Shown here: positions 38,678-48,764 of the stretch, one piece after another
How positions within the stretch are numbered: the first letter of the stretch is position 1
Layout of the letters: every line of letters starts with the position of its first letter
Assembly (NCBI GenBank): GCA_001791745.1
Contig: MGFG01000010.1
Location: 3,351-67,350, forward strand
Origin: Candidatus Uhrbacteria bacterium RIFOXYC2_FULL_47_19
GTDB lineage: Bacteria; Patescibacteriota; Patescibacteriia; SG8-24
DNA length: 64,000 nt
Direction: 5' to 3'
Notes under the pieces: model-generated
What the model saw: the letters and a program-made list of their open reading frames with translations, nothing else
Databases searched by the model: none
What the model was told of the DNA's origin: nothing
Program-made: the position numbers and the translations under genes

Positions 38678-41600
38678 TTAAGATGCTCCGCAAATGTACT
38701 GAAATATACTTTCGTACAAAGCATTGCTATTTAGCCCTGGCGTCGCATCTTCAACAACAGCTCCATGCTCGTCCAAATCAAAACTGATATACCTCTGTTC
38801 AGCCGTCAGCTGCGATCCGGTTCCGTCGTCAGTGGACGGAAGAGCAGGTAACCACAAAGGCTTGTAATCATTCTTACTAATAACGAACATCTCAACATAT
38901 CCACCATCAGAGCATCCTGTCAGAGTGCAATGTTTGGCTGCAGCAGTTACATCATCAAGTTGGATGGAGGCCAACAGGTCTTCAGGTGCACCGTATGTTC
39001 CAATTGGAGGTGGTTCATCACTAACGATTACCACATACGGCTGAGCATCATCTCGCCAGGCAATATCGTAATCCCATTCTCTTTCAATTCGCGGATCACA
39101 ACCGTCTTCCGGACTACAACTAACCATACCCGGTCTCATAAGAGCATAGGCTGCAGCATAAAGTGGTTCTTTTCCGCCTTTATCAATCTCACATCGAGTG
39201 GTCCGACGATCTGGAGTCCAACAATTGTCACGTGTTCCTTCCAGGTGACTATTAAAGTCACCCACACTACCTAACTGAAAGAACATATATTCATCCATCC
39301 TATCACCACCATCACTATAAGACTTCATCATGTTGAGTGTCTTCACCTCTGGCTGTCCTACCGTCACGTAACCAAACCGAAGATCTCTTCCTCTCTCACC
39401 ACTGAATCTAGCAACAAAATGGTTCAAGGATTCGATTAAAGAATCGATAATGCTATTCATTGATCCGGTTACATCAATAACGAACACCATGTCAATCTTC
39501 CGGTGTAGGTATGGGGGTAAATCATCGAAATCACCGTTACAGTTACCGTCGTCTTCGCAAAGCTGCTCACCAACCGGAACCACTAAAGTAGTCCCTGGAA
39601 TTCGATACTCTGGTCTAATTGATGGATCCAAACTACCACAATCCAGTTCATCTGGTACTCCATCATTATCATCGTCCGGATCACACTCATTCGGTAGCCA
39701 AGTTAGTGGAGTCTCCGCTAAACCGTCGGTTGCCCAATGTTGCCGGTCCAAACAAAACTCAAAAAGTGATCTGGGTGCACTGCCTGGCCGTCGATCTCCG
39801 ATTGGCGGAGCCTCACGCAAAACATCATAACTCACCATTTCACAAGACTCCCTGTTTTCGCTAGAGCTCCACAATATATCAAAATTACTAGAGGCGACAT
39901 AGTGACACAACTCAGAATCACGGTCAGCACAAGAATAATTACAACCACTCAATGAGCAAATACCATAACCGGTCTGTACGCCAAAACTCCTATCTTTGGG
40001 TCGAGTACTAACACAGACCCAACCATCACCAATAGGCGCACCGTGTGTGTCGCATTGTTCCGGACCAGGAGGCGACGAAGTTGCATTCTGCCTTTCACCA
40101 TCACCACAGTAGCCACCTGAAACCGTACCTAGTCGACAAGCCGAAGTGCAGTAATTACAAGTATGCCCGTACTCGGGTACGCAAGGCTCATTGTTTCTTT
40201 CACTACTATCACACATCTCTCCACCGGCTGCATTCACAAAACCATCACCACAAATATTGTTAACACAAGCACTGGTGCATGCGTCATTGTCTTCATCATT
40301 ACCATCATCACACTGCTCACCGGTCTCAGTCACACCGTTACCACAACGACCTGGGGCGGTACAGGACCAAGCACTCCAATTACAAGATTGATTAGGTGCT
40401 CCATCTCTATCATCCTCAATAGACGCCACATTGTTAGGATTGCAAGCTCGGTGGAACCTCTGCTCGACGGTTGGGCAGGTCACACAACGCTCCCCACCAG
40501 CCAGATTACAATCCGCATCTGCTGAACAAGTCCGACCTGATGGATGCAGCGGATCGACATCGACCGGTCGTCGACAGACACCACGACTCTCCTCGGAACC
40601 ACCATCACATTGCTCTGCACCGTTAACAATGCCATCACCACAATGTGGAGCCGAACCACGACAATCCCAGGAACAGGTAGCAAAATTAGCCCCAGTACGA
40701 TCTTCCCCAACTCCACAACCTCTGATCCCACCCGACGAAGCAATAACTGCATTAATTGCATAACGTCCATTCAAATCACGACAATCACATAGCTCACTAG
40801 GATGAGGCGCGCCATCGCCGCAAAAGAAGGTCGAACCACTACAAATACCATTACAATGTCCGTATGTACCATTGAGCGGCCCATCATCACAAATCTCAGC
40901 CCCTTGCCTTCGTCCATCACCACAGTAACCAATTCGACAGGTTCCGGGGACAACCTCCCAACCACGACAGTCTGCTGTACAAGCCTGTTCGACTGTCCCT
41001 CCTACACAAACACCATCAGCACCAGGTTCGGTCCGAAGATCCCCTAATTCACAAACCTCACCTGGATTGATAATACCGTTGCCACAACCAACTTCCTCAC
41101 TTTCCGACTCTCCGATACACATATCGGCGCCAGCATTTACTCCATAAGCTCGGAATCTAACAGTCTCGTAATTACAGCTTCCAGCTGGCGGAACACCATT
41201 CCAAACACAGCCAGGTGTTCTCCCACAAATTTCGCTTTCTCTTATCTCAATGCAAGTTGAGCCGATCCACCCTCCACCAACATATTCCATGTCCACAGAT
41301 AGATCAGCTTGACCAGCCAAAATCTGATATCGATAAATACTGGATCTAGCCCCACAACTAAACTGCCGACTAACCGAATTCCAACAAGTTTCCCGATCAA
41401 AACCATCATCAGGACAAGAAGTCAAAATATTTAGTGGATCAGACGGTATAGTTCGACCAACTGCTGAGGATAGTACATCGCCCCAGGATGGCCAGATACT
41501 ATAGGTTCTTGAACGTATATAAGTCCCTTCTCCTAGGGTTGGCAATGGACGATTGGCCATGAGTAGCGACCTCATTGTATGAAGGTCTGACCAACGACGT

Positions 41601-44600
41601 ACATCACGAACAAGCTTTGACTTAGAAACATTGCAAGTATCGTCGACACCACAATCACTATCACTGGAGCAAGTGATTGCTCTACCATCTACATCGAGTA
41701 CCGCCCGACCTTCATGTAGACAAATGAAAGTATCAACCAACTCAGGTTGCCGATTAAAATCAATGCGATCCATTAGTTGGTTAAAGACTGTAATAGTCTC
41801 AGGAGCTGCACCATCACTGAAGGAAAACACATTAATAATGGTTTCCAATTGTCTACCATCGCTCATCTTAGCTGAGTTAGCATAGACAGTCCGACCTTCT
41901 TTCAAAGCATCGTAACCATCAACACTAAACGGAGCTGGAGCACCAGTGAATCCACGATCGCGATACCAATCAATTACACCTAGATGCTTTGGATTTTTCA
42001 TTACCCGAAAGCCGATAGCGTCGTTACGCCAGGCATCATCTGCCCCGGCACCAGCAAAAGTAAAGAGGTATTCATGCTCGATATCTCCACCTGGAGAAAC
42101 TAAGACGAAATCATCATTAATAGCTGGTAGCAGATCGTCACCATCACCACCCGAAGAGTCACGACAATAGTAAAAGCTGGCCTTAGTTGCTGGATCAACG
42201 AATGGGTACCAGAACTTTTCAACTCCAGCCGTACAATCTTCACCATGAAGCGGATTAAGTATATTATCGGGATCCCAAGGTAGATGTAACCTCCCATCAT
42301 CACCACAAATCTGAACTTCCGGCCAGATGACGTCACAAAGTGCGACCGTAACTTTTGAATTACCCGGGAGTACGAACCCACCAGGTATGGGCAAGCGAGT
42401 ATGATCGTCAAGTAACGGCAAAAGGGAAGTAGATCCGTCAGGATTGACGGTGACTGCATTGACCAACACATCAACTACGCCGTCCTGCGGCACATACCCG
42501 ACCGGATCATCAGAAGTCTCACGCCCTCTAACTCTAACTGTCGCTTGTTCACTCTGTCGTCCTCCGACAGTAATTGGATTCAGTACGGCCGGAGAAACAT
42601 GCGGTGGACGTTCGGAAAGCGGTAACCATTCCCATGACCATGAGTACTCCCTAGTTGGGACAATCAAACTAACAGCCTCTCCGTCGAGGCGAATACCACG
42701 GTCGCTGGATACACCACGAGCCACAAGTGGCTTATCAAGAGTTTGCACATGGTTCAACAAAACCTCCGCAGGACTGACGATTACCTGATCAATGGCGCAG
42801 ATCAGGTCACCTGTGGTGAATTCTGCGGTCAGGCCAGCTGGGGCGACTCTTACTCCACCAACTGTCCTGGCATCCGGCTGAACTCTAACCCTGACCCGAG
42901 TACCTGCAGGAAGAGCGTGGTCCAACTTAAACTCAACTTCGGTCCTACCTTCCTCTGTCAGTCTAACGGTTATATCTCCAGTGACCGAACAGAAATGAGT
43001 ATGTGGAACCCCGATAGCATGTCCCAAAACAGGTCGACCAAATAGATCACTGAAAAATGCGGCAACAGTTGACCAAGCTCTGTGCAGTAGACCAACACGG
43101 CCGGCAGCCATTATTCCCAACGGAGCCGGAGGAAAAGGTGGAACTTCAATCACTCCACTTTCATCCGGAAGACCATCCAAACCCACCGGACAACCAACTG
43201 CTCCACTATCGACTCCGATCAATAAATTCTGAGTAATTGAAGTCGAATTCATGGGCTGATCAAATCCCAAGTGGATGGCAGTATTACGACAAATACCAAC
43301 TGAACCCTCAGCTGGATAGGTCAGCTCACCATGTGGCCTTGGTGCACAACAACCCGAATCAGCGCAGGCCAGACCAGCCAGTGGTCGTAGTCCGGCCGGC
43401 ACTCCGGCCAGCAATCCCGAGCAATACTCATCTGGATTAACCTGAGAACTGCAATTACAAGACAAAGTAACACGTGAAGTACCCCTCGATCTCTCCGGTA
43501 GTCGATCAATCGACGTATGAACTACACTCGTGGTTGCTACACCAACGGTCTCGTCGTAATCTCCAGCAACTGTAATTTGCCGCTTATCAATTCTTTCATC
43601 AGGCTCAACCTCATCGTTATCGCAGAAAGGATGCTCGCCCGGTCCACTAAATCCATCTCCGCAGAAAGAAGTGGTGCGATAAAAAGCCGATGAACCTTCA
43701 AACAGGCAACGACTACTGCAGCCGTCACCATTATCTGTGTTGTTGTCATCGCACTCCTCGCCGGGATCCAAAATATTGTTACTGCAGTCAGCGGGTAAAA
43801 CTGAGCCAGTCTTAGTACAAGAATGCAGATCACAACCCAACGCAACACCACCAGCTAGATCACAATCAGGATCCTCACCTGGTTCTATCCGAGCGTTACC
43901 GCACTGACTAACACAGGGTTCATCTTCTGGTGTAGCAATAGTGCAAATCGGCAAGGTTCCTTCATTAAGACAATCTGCACTGCAACCATCACCATCACGG
44001 CGGTTACCATCCTCGCAGGCTTCACCATCACCCAAGAACCCATCGCCACAAACAGACCTTCCAGCAGTAGATCCTAAGAAAATACAGCCAATACCGTTAA
44101 GCTCTGGCCGATCCTCAATATTGATATTCGGATCCTTGCAGCCCAACAGGAAGACAGAGATACCTTCAGCATCAGGCAGGGCTTCACACATTTCACCCGG
44201 ATCAAACAAGCCGTTACCACAATTCGGTGGAGCTGAGCCTTCCGCAAGACAGGATGGACTACAACCGTCATCCGGTCGAAGACCTCCATCATCACAATCT
44301 TCTCCACGCTCAGCTCGATCTCTGGCTGGACGCGGATCATCCGGATCGGTATTTCCGCACTGTGAAACCACATCAGTCGAACCTATCAATAGACACTGAC
44401 TATCACAGCCGCGTCTCGGTACAGGATTAGTGTCGACTCTGACGTCCATCCCAGTTTCAGAACCGACTTCCCTAGCCCTAATAAAACCAGTTAACACAGG
44501 ATTCGGATCGATTGACCAATCCCAATCATAACCCCAAGCATCAAGTTCCTGACCGTCAGGACTACACTCGTCGGCCGGTCCATACGCTCCGACATTGAGC

Positions 44601-47600
44601 CCAAGCCTCTCACTTACGTAACGTAAGGTAGCACTAGGTGGTATGATCTCTGCTCGAGAAATCTCACAAACACTACCATCAGTTTTAGTCCTAAACTTCC
44701 ACTCATAAAAACCAGGTACATTAAGTCCAGTGAGCGGTACATCACTAGTAGACAGGACCCCATCTGCTCCACCTCTGATTCTAACTTTATAAAAGGTGTT
44801 TGGTAGTAACATGAGACCTGGACCCAACACGATCCTAGCCTGCAAAGCCGCATCTGGATCGCCGGGTGGAAGCACACGAGCACCATCATCTCTAATCGAC
44901 TCAACCGAAAAACCTATTGGTATGTAAGGCGGGTTACATGACGCATTACGACACTGGAAAAATTCCACGTTGCCAGCAAAGGATCGTGCACTCATTGGTA
45001 TATTGAAAACCGCACCAATTTTTGCGTTAACACAAGCCTCGGTACAACCCTCGGTTGGCATGGTTCGTACCACCCGCGGATCAGCAAAAGCCACCGATAC
45101 CATCGAGATACCTCGACGCTCCAATAACTCGCCAGCTGGTCGCAGAGATGCGATTAACCTCTCTGGTGCATCGACTGGAGTCTCCAGTCGTCCGGTAGTC
45201 ATTTGTCGACAACCCACACCCCCGTCGCCAAGCAAACTGATAAAAACACCTGGATCGCTTGACCACCTCAAGTCAAAACCGACACGTCTAACGCATTGTA
45301 ATCGATTACAGTTGGCAATTCTCATCAAAGCAGCATTGAAACCATTAGTCGGATCTGCTGATGGACCTTGATGAGAGATCGTATAACGTGATGGCAAAAC
45401 CATTACATTATCAGCTGCACAAGCTGCACGATCAGCTCTTGTCTTGAATGTCCAAACGAAATTACCACCAGCTCGTCGATCATAGTCGCCGTCCAAATAT
45501 CGACCAGTTGCGTCTATAATACCGACTTCAGTGACCGGATCAGAAACTAAAGTAATTCGATACCAAGTATTAGGCTTAAAGTAACCAGTGAACGGTTCAT
45601 CTTCAGCATCATCAGGATCATCTGGTGGATAGGCTAGACTCGGGTGTATAGAAAGTATCGTCGCGGCTCCATCTGCTGTCAGATCCGTTTCGACTGGACG
45701 AGCAATCGGCACGAAACTAGGTTCTTTAGGACAGTCGATATCGCGACCACTACCGCATTCTTCAATAAGTAACGATTCCGGATCATTCAGTGAATCTATA
45801 TTCATTAATAAACTAAACTCCACGGCAGCCAAAGCATTACGACAAGCATCAGTTGCTCGTTGTTGCGGTGTGGGGCTCTGAATAGTGCCGGCCTCAAGAC
45901 TACAAGAAGCACGCTGCACAACTATAGGCAACGTTGGTAAAACGTCAGTGCTAAAAATCCAACCAAACTTACTATCTCGAGCTTCTGGTTCACAGGATTC
46001 ACGACATGAACCATTGGCACAACAAGTCGTCCCCTCTTCACAAATCCCATCGTCATTACAATCGCCAACCTTAAACGGAATCGGATTACGAGTAGCCACA
46101 TTACGAGCCACGGCAAAAACTGGACCAGAATTTGGCCAAGTATTTCTATCAGCGGGATTACCAGGGATCGCCGATCTAATAGAAGTCCTGGTCCAACCTA
46201 GATAGGCTGCTCCTGGTTTGGTGACCAAACCGTCCATCAAACCAGGAGCAGCTGCCGCTCCAGAAACGTAAAAACGAAGTGAATTTTCTGGTTGACGAGC
46301 ATCAAATCCGGCAAAACCGGGAGTATCAATATTGGCCGGACCTGGACCAAAACCTTCGCCTGATACTGTTACTGGTATACCCGGCTTACCATTATTAGGT
46401 GTAATCGAGCACATACCAGGCGCTATTGGACTGTCATCAACTAAGAAATCGACTCGATTGCTAACTTGAGCTGGAGCAGCTGTTTCGACCTCAATCCGGT
46501 GGAGTATACGAGAGACTGGTAAATCTCCAATATAATTTTCTGGCACTTTCACAACGATGTAATTGTCGTGCCAGTTATCGTCGCAGATCGGATCCACGGC
46601 AATAGCTGTATCAACTCCATCTGGTGATGAGATAAACCTCACTAATCCCTTACGTCGTCCAAAGCCACTACCACGCAAAGTAATATAAGAGTCGACTGGA
46701 CCAGAAGATGGAAGTATTTCAATGATTCGCGGTCCAACATCATCATCACGACGACGCAAGGTAAAATCGAGTTGATTAGTCGTAATGCCATCCAGACCAC
46801 CAACCATCACTGAAACCTGATAGACACCCTCAGGTAGAACTGCTGGAACAACGGCAGAAACAGCCGAGGCTGTCCAACCCCCACCAGTCACATCAGCGTT
46901 CACTCCACCCATTCTAATTAAGCTAGCACCCATGGCATCACCAAAACCGGCCCCATGAGCGATAAATCCATCACCAGCTGAACCGGTTGCCGGCTCCAAA
47001 TAGCAAATCCCGGGCAGAACCTCGTCATTAACAATAAAAGCACCAATCATCGGCTCAAATTCATCGTCAGTACGATCCGAAGTTCCAGAGGAAGTGACTA
47101 ATTGTAGAGGTCCTGTAACTACACCTTCTGGAATCGCAATCACCACCTCGTTGTCGGACCAGGACCAGGGTGAACAGGCAACCATTGACTTGTCATCATC
47201 ATCACCAGCCACCTCTCCATCACCATCTGTGTCACCTCCTAAGAAGATCACTTGCCCCATCGTGCCGCCAAAGAAACGCCCACTAATCGTCACCAAGGTC
47301 CCGGGTCCAGCCCTCAATGGAGAAACATCAAGTATCGTTGGTCGTTCCTTACATCGACCGGACTCTGGATCGCAAAATCCAGTAGCACAATCGGCATGAA
47401 CACGACAAGCATCGCCACCACAAGCACCACAACCGGAGTCCACTCCACAATCTATCCTCTCTTCTCCTAGCTCAGCATCCAGCTCACCATTGCAACAATG
47501 AGCAGGATTAATTCTAAACTTCTTGTCGATAGCTTCACTGGCCTGAGGTACACCATCGTAACCAACTGCAGATAAAATATGCTCACCATCAGCCAAACTC

Positions 47601-48733
47601 GAAGAATCAATGAAAACCGAATCAGATAAGAAAGGATTCTCTAAGGCAGCGTTAATAGTACTAAATAACGGCTCACCGTCAGCATCAGTTAAGTGAGCCA
47701 ACCCACCATCTAGCATAAAGTCGACTCGAGATGGTAGAAAATCATCCAAAACTCTAGCCCGAACACGGATACGATCCAAACAATAGGCCGGAGTTGAAGC
47801 TGGAGAATCAATCCTGATAGTCGGTGGCTCAACATCACGAAGATTGTTGAAAGCCATGGCCCGATCACACAAACTCGATAATGCACGCGGCGAAGAGATG
47901 TCGCCATCTGGACCCGGCGGTAGGAAAGGACAAACCAGAATCCGACCACGAACGTCAGTGACATCACCACCAAGCACTCGCACCCGATACCAGTAATCCT
48001 CTTCAAAATCAGTGGGGTGATCTCCTGGAGTATCCTTTGGTCTAAATATCACTCGATTAGCTTCAACTGTTCGATTTCCAGAAACTATGGTATCGCAAGC
48101 CCTCTCATTAAATGGAGCAGGATCTCCACCAGAGAGTCGTGAATTACATCTCTCCACTACAAAGGAAGTTCCACTAACAGTTGCTGCGGCGACCTCATGA
48201 CTAAAAGCAACAGTAATAGCGTAGTTCTTAGGCCAACCAGAATCACCAGGACCACTACCGACTGGAACCACACCAGAAACCTTAAAGCCACCAGAACCAG
48301 CTCCTGGTATACCGCAAACTTCTCCAGGTGGACAACGTCCACCTCCTGGCCCCACACCACCCTCGAGTCCGGTACCAGAGATTATCGCTCTCAAGATAAA
48401 CTGAGCAATAGCAAAGGCTGACATGATAATAATCAGACCTATGACCGCCTGAGTCATTACCCTCTTGGCACGACTGACTTGTTCTTCATTACCTTGGGCC
48501 GTCATCCAGAGAAAGCCGGCATACAAAATCAATAACACAGCCACTATGCCCAGTAACCCAAGAAAATAATTGACGATATTACCAATAATCGTCCGAATGT
48601 CGGTCGTACCCAGACCAGTCGATGTCGCATAATCCAGACCAAGATCGGTTTGCGCTAAAACCGGAAATACAAACAGAGCCACGCCAAAAACAATGGCTGC
48701 GGTAGTTGCTAATTTTTTCCGATTTATAAACAT
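38678..48733 (-). CDS. Giant (3351 aa) pilin-domain surface protein/adhesin
   Basis: N-terminal TrbC/VirB2-like pilin; Big_5/IPT-TIG domains; Myxococcus-type CGDG..E.CDDGN repeats; C-terminal VWA (DMVFVIDVTGSM). Confidence 0.88.
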   Translation of the reverse strand: MFINRKKLATTAAIVFGVALFVFPVLAQTDLGLDYATSTGLGTTDIRTIIGNIVNYFLGLLGIVAVLLILYAGFLWMTAQGNEEQVSRAKRVMTQAVIGLIIIMSAFAIAQFILRAIISGTGLEGGVGPGGGRCPPGEVCGIPGAGSGGFKVSGVVPVGSGPGDSGWPKNYAITVAFSHEVAAATVSGTSFVVERCNSRLSGGDPAPFNERACDTIVSGNRTVEANRVIFRPKDTPGDHPTDFEEDYWYRVRVLGGDVTDVRGRILVCPFLPPGPDGDISSPRALSSLCDRAMAFNNLRDVEPPTIRIDSPASTPAYCLDRIRVRARVLDDFLPSRVDFMLDGGLAHLTDADGEPLFSTINAALENPFLSDSVFIDSSSLADGEHILSAVGYDGVPQASEAIDKKFRINPAHCCNGELDAELGEERIDCGVDSGCGACGGDACRVHADCATGFCDPESGRCKERPTILDVSPLRAGPGTLVTISGRFFGGTMGQVIFLGGDTDGDGEVAGDDDDKSMVACSPWSWSDNEVVIAIPEGVVTGPLQLVTSSGTSDRTDDEFEPMIGAFIVNDEVLPGICYLEPATGSAGDGFIAHGAGFGDAMGASLIRMGGVNADVTGGGWTASAVSAVVPAVLPEGVYQVSVMVGGLDGITTNQLDFTLRRRDDDVGPRIIEILPSSGPVDSYITLRGSGFGRRKGLVRFISSPDGVDTAIAVDPICDDNWHDNYIVVKVPENYIGDLPVSRILHRIEVETAAPAQVSNRVDFLVDDSPIAPGMCSITPNNGKPGIPVTVSGEGFGPGPANIDTPGFAGFDARQPENSLRFYVSGAAAAPGLMDGLVTKPGAAYLGWTRTSIRSAIPGNPADRNTWPNSGPVFAVARNVATRNPIPFKVGDCNDDGICEEGTTCCANGSCRESCEPEARDSKFGWIFSTDVLPTLPIVVQRASCSLEAGTIQSPTPQQRATDACRNALAAVEFSLLMNIDSLNDPESLLIEECGSGRDIDCPKEPSFVPIARPVETDLTADGAATILSIHPSLAYPPDDPDDAEDEPFTGYFKPNTWYRITLVSDPVTEVGIIDATGRYLDGDYDRRAGGNFVWTFKTRADRAACAADNVMVLPSRYTISHQGPSADPTNGFNAALMRIANCNRLQCVRRVGFDLRWSSDPGVFISLLGDGGVGCRQMTTGRLETPVDAPERLIASLRPAGELLERRGISMVSVAFADPRVVRTMPTEGCTEACVNAKIGAVFNIPMSARSFAGNVEFFQCRNASCNPPYIPIGFSVESIRDDGARVLPPGDPDAALQARIVLGPGLMLLPNTFYKVRIRGGADGVLSTSDVPLTGLNVPGFYEWKFRTKTDGSVCEISRAEIIPPSATLRYVSERLGLNVGAYGPADECSPDGQELDAWGYDWDWSIDPNPVLTGFIRAREVGSETGMDVRVDTNPVPRRGCDSQCLLIGSTDVVSQCGNTDPDDPRPARDRAERGEDCDDGGLRPDDGCSPSCLAEGSAPPNCGNGLFDPGEMCEALPDAEGISVFLLGCKDPNINIEDRPELNGIGCIFLGSTAGRSVCGDGFLGDGEACEDGNRRDGDGCSADCLNEGTLPICTIATPEDEPCVSQCGNARIEPGEDPDCDLAGGVALGCDLHSCTKTGSVLPADCSNNILDPGEECDDNNTDNGDGCSSRCLFEGSSAFYRTTSFCGDGFSGPGEHPFCDNDEVEPDERIDKRQITVAGDYDETVGVATTSVVHTSIDRLPERSRGTSRVTLSCNCSSQVNPDEYCSGLLAGVPAGLRPLAGLACADSGCCAPRPHGELTYPAEGSVGICRNTAIHLGFDQPMNSTSITQNLLIGVDSGAVGCPVGLDGLPDESGVIEVPPFPPAPLGIMAAGRVGLLHRAWSTVAAFFSDLFGRPVLGHAIGVPHTHFCSVTGDITVRLTEEGRTEVEFKLDHALPAGTRVRVRVQPDARTVGGVRVAPAGLTAEFTTGDLICAIDQVIVSPAEVLLNHVQTLDKPLVARGVSSDRGIRLDGEAVSLIVPTREYSWSWEWLPLSERPPHVSPAVLNPITVGGRQSEQATVRVRGRETSDDPVGYVPQDGVVDVLVNAVTVNPDGSTSLLPLLDDHTRLPIPGGFVLPGNSKVTVALCDVIWPEVQICGDDGRLHLPWDPDNILNPLHGEDCTAGVEKFWYPFVDPATKASFYYCRDSSGGDGDDLLPAINDDFVLVSPGGDIEHEYLFTFAGAGADDAWRNDAIGFRVMKNPKHLGVIDWYRDRGFTGAPAPFSVDGYDALKEGRTVYANSAKMSDGRQLETIINVFSFSDGAAPETITVFNQLMDRIDFNRQPELVDTFICLHEGRAVLDVDGRAITCSSDSDCGVDDTCNVSKSKLVRDVRRWSDLHTMRSLLMANRPLPTLGEGTYIRSRTYSIWPSWGDVLSSAVGRTIPSDPLNILTSCPDDGFDRETCWNSVSRQFSCGARSSIYRYQILAGQADLSVDMEYVGGGWIGSTCIEIRESEICGRTPGCVWNGVPPAGSCNYETVRFRAYGVNAGADMCIGESESEEVGCGNGIINPGEVCELGDLRTEPGADGVCVGGTVEQACTADCRGWEVVPGTCRIGYCGDGRRQGAEICDDGPLNGTYGHCNGICSGSTFFCGDGAPHPSELCDCRDLNGRYAINAVIASSGGIRGCGVGEDRTGANFATCSWDCRGSAPHCGDGIVNGAEQCDGGSEESRGVCRRPVDVDPLHPSGRTCSADADCNLAGGERCVTCPTVEQRFHRACNPNNVASIEDDRDGAPNQSCNWSAWSCTAPGRCGNGVTETGEQCDDGNDEDNDACTSACVNNICGDGFVNAAGGEMCDSSERNNEPCVPEYGHTCNYCTSACRLGTVSGGYCGDGERQNATSSPPGPEQCDTHGAPIGDGWVCVSTRPKDRSFGVQTGYGICSLSGCNYSCADRDSELCHYVASSNFDILWSSSENRESCEMVSYDVLREAPPIGDRRPGSAPRSLFEFCLDRQHWATDGLAETPLTWLPNECDPDDDNDGVPDELDCGSLDPSIRPEYRIPGTTLVVPVGEQLCEDDGNCNGDFDDLPPYLHRKIDMVFVIDVTGSMNSIIDSLIESLNHFVARFSGERGRDLRFGYVTVGQPEVKTLNMMKSYSDGGDRMDEYMFFQLGSVGDFNSHLEGTRDNCWTPDRRTTRCEIDKGGKEPLYAAAYALMRPGMVSCSPEDGCDPRIEREWDYDIAWRDDAQPYVVIVSDEPPPIGTYGAPEDLLASIQLDDVTAAAKHCTLTGCSDGGYVEMFVISKNDYKPLWLPALPSTDDGTGSQLTAEQRYISFDLDEHGAVVEDATPGLNSNALYESIFQYICGAS

Positions 48734-48764
48734 GACTTGTTCTTAATCTAAGAGAGATGATCGA